64,000 bases of DNA from the human T2T-CHM13v2.0 reference genome, Homo sapiens. Below the pieces are notes generated by a model. It saw only the letters and a program-made list of their open reading frames with translations. It was not told the origin of the DNA and searched no databases. The stretch lies in assembly GCF_009914755.1 (NCBI RefSeq), contig NC_060925.1; one strand, written 5' to 3'. A program made the position numbers and the translations under genes. Positions 25,691 to 56,233 of this stretch are shown here, in pieces. Every line of letters starts with the position of its first letter. Position 1 is the first letter of the stretch.

Positions 25691-25851
25691 CTATATTTTT
25701 TTATAATGTAAAATATATTATATATATTATATATAATAATTTATATAATATATATAATATATATATTGGTGGCTCATGCCTGTAATCTCAGCACTTTGGG
25801 AGGCCGAGGTGGGCGGATCACGAGGTCAGGAGATCGAGACCATCCTGGCTA

Positions 25852-26127
<276 letters not shown>

Positions 26128-26687
26128 TCAACCTTAGATGGGGATCTGCCATCTGCCCTCAACAGACACTTTTTTCCACTGGTCCAGAGTAAGCACAGTC
26201 CAGATGGCCTTGCCCTGGCCCAGGCCCAGGAGTAGGGATGTCCCATTGCTCTTGTGGTTGCTTGTCACCAGTCTGTACTCTAGCCAGGGGCCCATGTGGG
26301 CTTCCCCACTATGCCAGGTCTCAGCCCCCAAGGCACTCTGTGAGCTTGGCCCAGCCTTTCCCTTCTCTGGGCCAGGTTTCCCAGATAACTGTAAAAAGGG
26401 ACACCAGGCCTGTATCCTCCCAGCCCTGCTCTCCAGGGGCTCCTCGTACAATCCGTTTCTTCACCACCTATATGGTGCCCAGCACTGAACAGTACAGCTT
26501 AGTGGGCACCATTGGTCTTATTCTTGGGGTCATTAGGAACTCATTAATAAGTGACATTCACTGGCAGCCCCATTTCCAACCTGCAGCCCCACCTCCTGTC
26601 AATTCAGGAGGACTTCTGAGAGGTGACAGGGTTTGTGGGCATATGAGTGGAGGTGGATAAGAGGGAAGGGTGGGAGGAGGCCCCTGA

Positions 26688-27515
<828 letters not shown>

Positions 27516-27692
27516 TAAGGACTTCAGGGCCAGGCTGCCTGGGTTCCAATCCCAGCTCACCATTTACTAGCTGTGTGACATTGGGCAACTTCTCTGTCCC
27601 TTGTTTTTTCCGTTATGAAATGCAATAATGGGCCAGACCCAGTGGCTCATGCCTGTAATCCCAGCACTTTGGAGGCCAAAGCGGGTGGATCA

Positions 27693-27956
<264 letters not shown>

Positions 27957-27984
27957 TCAGGATTAAATTGATTAATATATGTAG

Positions 27985-28167
<183 letters not shown>

Positions 28168-28428
28168 TAGAGATGAAGTTTTGCTATGTTGCCCAAGCTG
28201 GTCTCAAACTCCTGGGCTCAAGTGATCCTTCTGCCTCAGCCTCCCAAAGTGCTGGAATGACAGGAGTGAGCCACCGCACCCGACTCGTGTAGAATATTTG
28301 GAGTAGCGGCCAGGTGCGGTGGCTCACACCTGTCATCCCAGCACTTTGGGAGGCGGGGGGCGGGGGCGGATCACCTGAGGTCAGGAGTTCGAGACCAGCC
28401 TGCTCAATGTGGTGAAATCCCATCTCTA

Positions 28429-28629
<201 letters not shown>

Positions 28630-28886
28630 CTATGTGCGTGTAGTGGAGTGCTTGGCAGGTGCTGGTTACTCTTAACGGCCGTCATTGTTGTAGGTGAGCC
28701 GGCTGCATTCTTAGATTCCTTCCAGTTCAGAGTCCCTGGTTTTCTGTGAGTAGAGCCACTAGACTGTAGACCCCAGGAGCTTGGCTGCTGGCCTTCTCTG
28801 GGCACCTAGCTGCCCTGATGTGACGTGGCAGAGTCGGTGTGGGGAATGAGGGCTGAACTTGGGGACAGATTCCCCACACTGGGTGA

Positions 28887-29339
<453 letters not shown>

Positions 29340-29705
29340 TGAAGGAGTCCTGGGCTAGGGGCAGGAACTCAGCTGGTGGGACAGGCAGCTTGGGAAGCAA
29401 AAGGCTACTTGACCCTTGATGCCGCAAACATCCCTGGGCCTGGCCTCATGTCTGTGGCTGGTGATGACATTGCTTTGCCGCAGGTCTTCCTGTCTTCCTG
29501 AGTGACCTCAGGCAAGTCACACCTCCTCCCCACAGGGGACTCAGTTTTCTTATCTTTACAAAAGGGAAGTGAACCGGATCCACTGATTGCTGATTTTGTG
29601 GATAAATGGGCCCTTTTGAGAATCTGATGAAAGCTACGGCTCTGCTCCCAGAGAAACGCAGAAAATGCCCTTTGCCTGTGGTTTCTGGGGGTTAAGAAGC
29701 ACTGA

Positions 29706-30311
<606 letters not shown>

Positions 30312-30397
30312 TGACCAACATGGTGAAACCCCGTCTCTACTAAAAATACAAAAATTAGCTGGGTGTGGTGGCATGTGCCTGTAATCCCAGCTACTCA

Positions 30398-30502
<105 letters not shown>

Positions 30503-31029
30503 CTAAAAAACAAAAAACAAAAACACACACAAAAAACATGAGTATTGGAACCCTGCTGCAGGGGCTCCCTCCACTGGGACAAGATCTGTCCTGATCATGC
30601 CCAGGCCTCCCCTGCATGTGGCTCTGGCATTTTCTCAGTGCTGCTCTGCCTACTCAGAGAAGGCGCGTCCCAGACCCTTTCTCTTGGGGCTTCTCTGAGG
30701 TGCCTGGAGCTGGGATGTTCCAGGTCTTCGTTCTTCTCCCAGCCCCTGCTTCTGACTGTAAGTAACCACAACAAGTACAGGGGTTGCCGTGGATTCTGTG
30801 CTCATGATGGGCCAGGCTTGGTGCCCCACGCTTGTTCAACACAAATCCTCCCCCTCACCCCATGAAGAAGGGATTATTCCTATTTTATAGATGAGGAAAC
30901 TGAGGCTTAGAGAGAAGTGACTTGCCCGAGGACATAATCTACTCACTGCACAGCTGGGATTTGAGCCCAGCTGGTTGGACCCTGAGCCTGACCTCTGGGT
31001 CTGATGCTGGGTGGGACTGTGCTTTCTGA

Positions 31030-31287
<258 letters not shown>

Positions 31288-31961
31288 TGATGCCTTCTTT
31301 TCCTGCTGTGGTGGTCAGTGGTACTCTGTCTGTTCTTGCTGGTCACAGGACACGTAGGAGGCTGCCATCCCCTTCCAGGCCTAGGCTGGGCTACCAGAGC
31401 CATCTGCACTGTCACCCCAGGGCAGAGTCACTTATTCACTCAGTAAACCTTTATTTCATGTTTGCACCAGACAGTAAGACATAGTCATAAGCAGGACGGA
31501 TGTCCTGCATTCATGGTGACAGAAGGGACTGGGTGCAGATGCGGCCAGGGACAGAATGGACCTCACTGGTCCCTGGGGAACTGGCTCATAGCTCATAGCA
31601 TATTTGAGTGTGGTCCTTCACCGCTGGAATGAGGGAGAGGAAGGAGGATGTGATGTGTTTAAAATGCAAATTTGCTGATTTCACCCAGGATCTGTTCAGA
31701 TGGAATCTCTGAGCGGGGTGGGACCCAGGAATCTGCATTTTACAAGCTCTCGGGAGAAGCACTAGAGTGCCAAGCCCTCCCCTGCCCTCTCTCAGAGCGG
31801 CTTGGTGATCTCCTGGGGATGGAGCATTATCTCCAAGACCCTCTTAGGGAGTGGGAGGGGGCTGGATGGTGCTGACCCACTGGGGGCCCAGGGAGATGTG
31901 AGTCAGGGCTATGGCAGGTGGGGCTGGCTGGCTTCTCTGTGACCCCACGTCTCCCCGACAG

Positions 31962-32063
31962 CTGCAGTTGAACTACCTGGGCAACTACATCCCGCGCTTC
32001 TGGACCTTCGAAACAGGCTGCACCGTGTGTGACGAAGGCTTGCGCAGCCTCAAGGGCATTGGG
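31962..32063 (+). CDS. PLOD1: PLOD1 exon 8
   Basis: [34 protein letters not shown]. Confidence 0.97.
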
Positions 32064-32635
32064 GTGAGGCTGCGCCCAGGCCTGTGCCTGAGGGACACGG
32101 GGGGCTCAGTCCCCTGAGATGGCGAGATGGGTGATTCTGGAATAGACTCCATTGTCTTTGGTGGAAAGTGAAGGGGTCACCTCCCTGCCTGGGGTTCTAT
32201 CCCGGTTGCCACCCAAGTGCCTCCTCCTGGAAGCCCTCTCAGATTGCATGTCTCTAGCTTCCCCCGAGATGTCCAGGTTCTGGTTTCTTCTGCCTGGTCC
32301 TTCAGGCTCTCCTGCAGCCCCCTCCCCATCCCATGAACCTCATCCTCATTTATGACTCACCTCGAACACCACGCCAGCCACGATCTCCTGACAGCAGGCC
32401 CTCAACCGAGTCCTTGTTCCAGGCCTGGGCTCCTGCTGCTCTCTCCCCGGGGCACCCTCCTGCTGCTTCCCTGCCCCCCCGTACCCCCTGACTGGAGTTC
32501 CCCGGCCCGGGCACCTTTCTTGGGAAGTCTACATGCTTCTGATTCTGGCTCTGACTCCCTTGGGCCACCCTGGGGTGGAGTGGCAGTGCTGTGACTGGAC
32601 ACTGCTGGACTCTTGTGCCGCCCTCCCTGGTGCAG

Positions 32636-32767
32636 GATGAAGCTCTGCCCACGGTCCTGGTCGGCGTGTTCATCGAACAGCCCACGCCGTTTGTGTCCCT
32701 GTTCTTCCAGCGGCTCCTGCGGCTCCACTACCCCCAGAAACACATGCGACTTTTCATCCACAACCAC
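32636..32767 (+). CDS. PLOD1: PLOD1 exon 9
   Basis: [44 protein letters not shown]. Confidence 0.97.
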
Positions 32768-33043
32768 GTGAGTAACAGGCGCTCTGTGGGGTCGTCATGT
32801 GGCTTAGATCCAGGGCCCAGCTTCACAAGGTAGCCCGAGACCTCTGAGGGTCTCACCGAATCTAGCTTATCTGGGCCAAATGACAATCACCAGTGGACTG
32901 TGTCCCCAAATCACTGAGTTAACTTTGGAGTCAGACTGGGTGAGTTTGAATCCCAGCGCCGCTATTTTATTGGCTGTGTGACCTTGGGCACATTACTCAA
33001 CCTCTCTGTGCTTTAGTTTCTCATCTATAAAATAGGCATAAAA

Positions 33044-37254
<4,211 letters not shown>

Positions 37255-37558
37255 TCACAGACCCTCGTTTGCTGAGTCCTGTACCAGATAAACAAAAGTA
37301 ACACAGATTTTTAAGGCTTTTGGTACAAGTTACCAAATTGCATTTCAGAAAGGCAGCCCCAGCTTACTCCCCACCCTGGGCCATGTAGGCACCTGTGGGC
37401 TGTGTTCTTCCCAGTACCAGGATTTTCAGGGCACTTGATACCAGTTGCCAACCTCTGGGCCTTGGGTGAGAGAGCCCAGCAGTCCAGGGGTTTGGGACTC
37501 AGAGTCGGGAGGAACCTTTGAGGCTGCTGGTGTGACCTCTCTAAAGCCCCTTGGCTGA

Positions 37559-37756
<198 letters not shown>

Positions 37757-37821
37757 TGAGGCTGCTCCGTCTGCACCCAGCACTGCTCAGGACTGGCCTG
37801 GTCCTGGGGTGGCAGCCCTCC

Positions 37822-38010
37822 TTGCCTTCCTCCTCCTCCTCCTCATCCACCTCCTCTTCCTCCTCTTTTTCCTTCTCCTGCTCCTCTTTCTCCTCCTCGT
37901 CTTCCTCCTTGTCTTCCTCCTCCTCTTCCTCTTCCTCCTCTTCCTCCTTTTTCCTCCTCCTCCTCGTCTTCCTCATCCTCTTTCTCCTCCTCCTCTTCCT
38001 CCTCCTCCTT
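37822..38010 (+). repeat. (TCC/TTC)n polypyrimidine low-complexity tract, intron 11
   Basis: ~190 nt almost purely C/T. Confidence 0.95.
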
Positions 38011-38204
38011 GGCCTCACCTATTACCCAGAGCTGTGGATCCCCAGCCTGATACCCCAGGTTCTGATAGAGAAGGTGTCCTGCCCTGTCTGCTCCTGGCTG
38101 CCCCATGGGAGGGAGCAGGTACCAGAAGAGCCAAACCCCCGACACCCCGGCCAAGGCACTGCCTGTCTCAGTGAGGTGCTTGGGGATCCCTGCGTGCAGG
38201 TTGA

Positions 38205-38420
<216 letters not shown>

Positions 38421-38733
38421 TGAGTACCTGCAGGGTGGGGGTGGGTGGGGGACACCTTCATCTGGCTTCTGCCTGGGCTTGTGGGGCTCCCTCCCTATTA
38501 TTCCTGTTCTTGTTACCCTCAAATTCCTGTTGAACCTGAAGCAAGGAAGACTTCAGTTAGACACACAGAAGGACTTCCTGACAAATAGGCCCATGTGTCC
38601 AGGGCGGGGGAATCAAATCAGCACAATTGTGCCCCCCTAGCCTGTGACTTCCCTTCTCACACCCAGACTCCAGGCTATGACTCCCCACCACCACCCTGTG
38701 ACCCCCTCCATCTTCCCCACCACCAGCCTCTGA

Positions 38734-39123
<390 letters not shown>

Positions 39124-39472
39124 TGACCTGGTTTTTATACCATCTATTTTATTTACATTTTTGGAATAGCCCAAAGAAAACGGAACTTTCCACCTAAAGG
39201 TACTCCAAGTGATGTGCCCGAGAGACACCTCACCCTGTCTCTGCGCCCCACCCCATATATTTTTGTGACTTTTTTTTTTTTTTTAAACATGCAGCAAGAT
39301 GAAGTTTTCCCCTGTGACCAACATTTCAGGACCAGAACACGCTCCTTTTCTTTTACGCATTTTTTCTTTCATTCTGTGTTCAGTCCTCTGGGAAGACTTC
39401 CCTGATCACATTCTTAGTGTCAGGCCTGGGCTGGGCCCTGGGGACATAGCGGTGACTGCACTTGGTCTCTGA

Positions 39473-39853
<381 letters not shown>

Positions 39854-40348
39854 TAGGGCAGGATTTGGGTAGGGAGAGAAGGGTGTCCAGAGAGGCAACA
39901 CCATCTATTGGAGGAGGGACCAGGACTCAAGAGGCCTGGGTTTGTGGCCTAGATCTGCCATCATCTGGGACTTAGTTGAGCCTTCCAGCTTTGGGGACCT
40001 TAGTTATCTTAGCTCCAAAATGGGTATACTGTCCCAGCCTGTCTTACCCATGAGGGTGTTGTGATGATCAGAAGGGGAGACAGTTGTAACTGTTTCTAGA
40101 CGTTGGGAGCTCACAGCTGATGGGTGTAAGCACATGCCTGCACACAGACATATACACACAAGCACACACATGTACATACATGTGCAAACACCACCTCCTA
40201 TGGGCACACCTGTGCACCCAGACAACACACACGCACCCAGTGGGTGCAGGTGAACACCTGCCTCTGTCAAGCACGTACACCTTCACTCCCACTTTGAGGG
40301 GTCTGCTCTGAGCATCCCTGGCAGTTGAGCCAATGGTGAGGACCCTAG

Positions 40349-40825
<477 letters not shown>

Positions 40826-41084
40826 TAATGTCTGCTTCCCCCGAGCCTGGGGCCTCTGCCCCCTCCCTCCCTCCATGCCCATGTTTCTGTCTGACCTTGG
40901 CGCTGGTAGCTCTGTGACCTCGGCTGGGAAAGTCTGTCTCTGGGCTCTGCCTCCTCCTCCCCACTCAGTCTCTCCAGGATTGACAAGGCCCTGCTCCCCG
41001 GGGACACTGGGAGGGCTCCCTGGCTTGGGTGTGTGGCCCTGAAGAGGAAGGAGGATTCTGTGGTGCCACTGTGGACCCCCTTGA

Positions 41085-41219
<135 letters not shown>

Positions 41220-41702
41220 TGATGCCTGGGCTGGGGCCGCAGGGAGGCTGCCTCTCCATCAGTGCCGCTCACTGTCTGGGGTCTTCTGGCAAGCTGGCCT
41301 GGCCACCCTTTCTGGGACTCTTGACATAGGGGTGCTGGCATGGGTATCTGCAGGCAGGTAGGAGTAGAGGGATTGAGAAACCTGAGATGGAGTTTGGTCC
41401 CTGAGCTGCTGTTGCCACCGTGTGGCTTTGAGTTGCCTTGACCGTAAGCTACTAGGTTTTCAGTTCCTGGTTTGCTATTGGAATGGCTTAGCTTGGTTCC
41501 CTAGACTTCCCCCAGGTGGAGCTGGGGAGGAAAGGGCCAAGGTGGGATGAGGGGCATTAGGAAGGGCTGTCGGGTCCAAGTTCATCAGACAGCAGGAGCA
41601 GGTGGCCTGCTGAGGGTGCTAGGCCCTGTGTTCTCTCCGTGAGAATCCCAACACCTGTTCCTGTCCTGGAAAGTTCAGGTACCATTTTTTTTTTTCTTTT
41701 CA

Positions 41703-41734
<32 letters not shown>

Positions 41735-41779
41735 AAAAGAAATATATATAGATTTTATTTATATATATATATATATATT

Positions 41780-44766
<2,987 letters not shown>

Positions 44767-44788
44767 CATTCACCTCGGTCACCTCCAG

Positions 44789-44935
44789 GACAACCGCATC
44801 CAGGGTGGCTACGAGAACGTGCCGACTATTGACATCCACATGAACCAGATCGGCTTTGAGCGGGAGTGGCACAAATTCCTGCTGGAGTACATTGCGCCCA
44901 TGACGGAGAAGCTCTACCCCGGCTACTACACCAGG
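44789..44935 (+). CDS. PLOD1: PLOD1 exon 17
   Basis: [49 protein letters not shown]. Confidence 0.97.
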
Positions 44936-44974
44936 GTGGGCAAGCCTGGGGCATAGCCAGGATGCGGGGACAGT

Positions 44975-45440
44975 TGGGTGGGGTGTCAGTGGAGTGGCTG
45001 GGACTGGTGGGGGTAGGGTGGGAGGTGGAGAAACTGGGAGGGGCCGAGGTGGAGTGAGGGTGTGGGGAGCGTGGGAGGGGCAAGGGTGGGGCATGAGGTA
45101 GAGGGACTGAGGGGTGGGGATGGGGTTGGGAAGAGCAGGGGTGGGGTGGGAAGTGGTAGAGAAGCTGGGAGGGGTGGAGAGGAGTAGGGAGCCTGGGAGG
45201 GGCAGGGGTGAGTGGGAGTGGAAAGCCTAGAGGGGCGGGGGGGCAGGGGTGAGGGAGTGGAGAGACTGGAAGGGGCAGGAGTTGGTGGGGAGGTCGAGGC
45301 CAGTGTGGGGCAGGGGGATGGGGTGGGAGGGGTAGGGTGGAGTGGGGGGCTTGGGTGGAAGGGCCAGGGGTGGGTGGGGGCTGGAGAGTCTGGCAAGGGG
45401 AGGGGCTGGGGAAGGGGTTGGGTTGGAGTACGGGTGGAGG
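44975..45440 (+). repeat. G-rich low-complexity tract, intron 17
   Basis: Dense GGG/GGGG runs over ~460 nt. Confidence 0.9.
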
Positions 45441-45589
45441 AACATCCCAGCTTATGGGAGAGGCCTGGATATTTGGTCCCCAGGCAGGAGTGAGGTCTCA
45501 CCGCACACACCCCCTCCATCTAGTAGCGTGTGGGAAGACAGGGTGCTGGGCTGGGACTCTAGGGCCGGCTAGTTGGCCTCTAGCCTGAG

Positions 45590-48927
<3,338 letters not shown>

Positions 48928-49636
48928 TTGGCCAGGCCTGACCCTCTTGGACCTTTCTTCTTTGCCGACAACCACTGCCCAGCAGCCTCTGGGACCTCGG
49001 GGTCCCAGGGAACCCAGTCCAGCCTCCTGGCTGTTGACTTCCCATTGCTCTTGGAGCCACCAATCAAAGAGATTCAAAGAGATTCCTGCAGGCCAGAGGC
49101 GGAACACACCTTTATGGCTGGGGCTCTCCGTGGTGTTCTGGACCCAGCCCCTGGAGACACCATTCACTTTTACTGCTTTGTAGTGACTCGTGCTCTCCAA
49201 CCTGTCTTCCTGAAAAACCAAGGCCCCCTTCCCCCACCTCTTCCATGGGGTGAGACTTGAGCAGAACAGGGGCTTCCCCAAGTTGCCCAGAAAGACTGTC
49301 TGGGTGAGAAGCCATGGCCAGAGCTTCTCCCAGGCACAGGTGTTGCACCAGGGACTTCTGCTTCAAGTTTTGGGGTAAAGACACCTGGATCAGACTCCAA
49401 GGGCTGCCCTGAGTCTGGGACTTCTGCCTCCATGGCTGGTCATGAGAGCAAACCGTAGTCCCCTGGAGACAGCGACTCCAGAGAACCTCTTGGGAGACAG
49501 AAGAGGCATCTGTGCACAGCTCGATCTTCTACTTGCCTGTGGGGAGGGGAGTGACAGGTCCACACACCACACTGGGTCACCCTGTCCTGGATGCCTCTGA
49601 AGAGAGGGACAGACCGTCAGAAACTGGAGAGTTTCT

Positions 49637-49706
49637 ATTAAAGGTCATTTAAACCACTGAAGGGAAGATGCTCAGGGCGAGTGGGTGTGTGTGTGTCTTG
49701 GTGTGA
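49637..49706 (+). terminator. PLOD1: PLOD1 polyadenylation signal (ATTAAA) with GU-rich downstream element
   Basis: ATTAAA at 49637-49642, CA at ~49655, GTGGGTGTGTGTGTGTCTTGGTGTG at 49681-49705; ~710 nt after the stop codon. Confidence 0.8.
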
Positions 49707-53770
<4,064 letters not shown>

Positions 53771-53999
53771 TGGCGCGCTCAGGCTTGGAGCCTTCTCTGC
53801 GGAGGCCAAGTCCTGCAAGGGATCTGTTTGCTGCGGTTTCCTAGTAGTGTCTGCCGCATCACTGGGGCCCGGTGATCTGGGTAACCATGTGAGCTTGGGT
53901 AACCTCTCCTCTCCCTCTCCTGGGACTGCTGTGGACGTTAAATACAGCGGTGGATGTTAGAGACGCAGTTCAGTCACTGGCATTGATTCGCCGTTGTTG

Positions 54000-54850
54000 C
54001 TGCTCTTCTTTCCTCAAAGGCGACTGAAGGGCAGCAGGCCCATGCTCGCTTCTGTCTGCCCGATGAGTCACTTCACCCTAGGCCTGGCCCTCTAGAGAAC
54101 ACTCCTCTAAGATTACAGAATGCAAATCTGGATTCCAGAGCTGGCAGAGGCCCCAGGGTCAGGCTCTAGGACAACCGGCGAAAAAGCGGGAACCTCTACT
54201 CCACGCCCTTGGTTTTTCGCCCCTTGACAGCTTGAGGCTCCGCCCCGCTTTGCCCCGCCCCCCCAGCTCCGGCCGACGCCCACCGGAACTACAGCCCCCA
54301 TGATGCAGTGGGAGTCCGAGCCTCTGCGTCGTCCGCTTGGGACGCGCCGGCGGAGGAGTGGCGCGCGGAGGAGTGGCGCGCTGAGACGCCGCTCGAAGCG
54401 CCGAGTCGCGGGGCAGCAGAGGCGTAAGGAGTAGGCGGGGCGAGCCGGCTGGGCTCAGGGTCCACCAGCTCACCCGGGTCGAGGGGCAATCTGAGGCGAC
54501 TGGTGACGCGCTTATCCACTTCCCTCCTCCCGCCTCCCCCTGGGGTGGCGCTCGCTGGTGACGTAGTGAGTGTGATGGCCGCCGCGAGGCCGGGAAGGTG
54601 AAGGTGAGAGGGCGAGCAAGCCGGGGTGGCGGGGACTGGCCCGGCCCGGCCCGGCGAGTCCTGAGCAGCTCGGCGTGGGCCGACGGGATTCTGGGGCCAC
54701 GGGGGTCTGGGATGCAGTCAAGCGGGGTCCCCACTCTCCGGCCTCGCCGCCGGGCCCTCCCCGGCCCTGAGAGGAGGGGGCGGGCCACGGGACCTGGGAC
54801 TGGTCGGTGGGGTCCCCTGTAGCTTCTCATCGCCCCCGCCTTTCCACCCT
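54000..54850 (+). promoter_or_regulatory. MFN2: MFN2 CpG-island promoter
   Basis: CpG-rich; AP-1 TGAGTCA 54064-54070, GC boxes 54238-54263, CCGGAA 54283-54288, ZNF143/THAP11-type ACTACAgccCCCATGATGCA 54288-54307, CRE half sites GTGACG at ~54503 and ~54558. Confidence 0.85.
54320..54603 (+). other. MFN2: MFN2 exon 1 (non-coding; 5' end approximate)
   Basis: Donor AAG|gtgaga at 54603 inside the CpG island; sequence recognised as the MFN2 5'UTR. Confidence 0.8.
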
Positions 54851-56088
54851 TCACGGCCATGTTCTACCCCTGCCCCTTCTCTATTTTTCATCCTGTCTTC
54901 ATTTTGCCAGCATTTACTCAGCACCTGATAGGTGTCCACGTTCACCGCGGGAGCGCCCTGCCATCCCCACTTTGGGCAGTTACTGCCTTCTCGTTCAGCC
55001 CTGTTTACTTATATGACTTCTCACCGGACTGTAAGGCCCTGGAGGGCAGGACTGTTTCTTATCCATTTCTAACGTGGCGCCTGACACACACAGAGAAGGC
55101 ACACAGAAAATGTTGAATAAATAGCTGTTAAGACGCACGAAGGCAGAACTGCCCGTTACCCCCTCTCGTAATCCTTCATTGCCCTCTTTAAATTCTCAAT
55201 CATCTCTCTCTCTTCTACCCAGAAAAGGGCTCTGGTTATCTCTTTTCTACCCAGAAAAGGGCTCTGGTTATCCGCCTCTGGTGTCCCAAGGTTTGGGGCT
55301 TGGGGGAGGAAGGCAGCTCAATGTAGTTAAAAAAGGAAGGAGGCCGGTCGCAGTGGATCACACCTGTAATCCCAGCACTTTGGGAGGCTGAGGCGGGCGG
55401 ATCACCTGAGGTCAGGAGTTGGAGACCAGCCTGGCCAACATGGTGAAACCCCGTCTGTGCTAAAACCAAAAACTAGCCGGGCTTGCTGGCACACGCCTGT
55501 AATCCCATCTACTCAGGAGGCTGAGGCAGGAGAATCGCTTGAACCCGGGAGGCGGAGGTTGAGCCGAGATCGCGCTGCTGCACTCCAGGAGCTTTGGAGT
55601 CAAAGGGAGCTAATATTTCAGATCCCAGCTTAGACAAATCTTCAAGTATTCCAGCCCTCTGTCCCACAGAATAGAGAATTAAGTGAGATACTTTACAGTA
55701 GCTGAACACATTGGCTTTCAGTCAGTTCTTCTGTTCCTCAATAGTCAGCTGTTCCACAGTCCTCAAGCCCAGTTTTGTTCCTAGTTTTGCTCTGTCCTCT
55801 TCTCCCCTCTCTGGATGTACCTTTCCCAGGGCTCCTGCAGGGACCTCCGTGGTGCCTCAAACCCGCACATGGCGGAATACGTGTGCACAGTCAGGATTGG
55901 TCCCACACCTCTGCGTTTTTTTCCCCAGGGCACTTCCTCACATGCCAGCGCAACTCCCCAATACCTCAATGAGTAAGCTTCCCTCAGGGATGAGTTTGTT
56001 TGGCTTGAAACCTGATTAGACATGTTTTGTACACCAGTGTTTTTTTTTTTTGGACACCGGATCCATCTCCCTTTTCTTTTCTAATAAG

Positions 56089-56233
56089 TCAGGACTGGTG
56101 GAGTCAACACAGTCAATCAATAGCCAACCTCAACCTGAGACAGGACAGAAGAGAACTCAGAATCTTTTTGTCTTTTGGACTTCAGCCATGTCCATGATGC
56201 CTACCCTGTGAAGATCTCTCACCATCCAAAAAA
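56089..56233 (+). other. MFN2: MFN2 exon 2 (non-coding, 145 nt, alternatively skipped)
   Basis: cttttcttttctaataag|TCAGG acceptor and AAA|gtaagt donor; matches the recalled MFN2 5'UTR. Confidence 0.85.
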
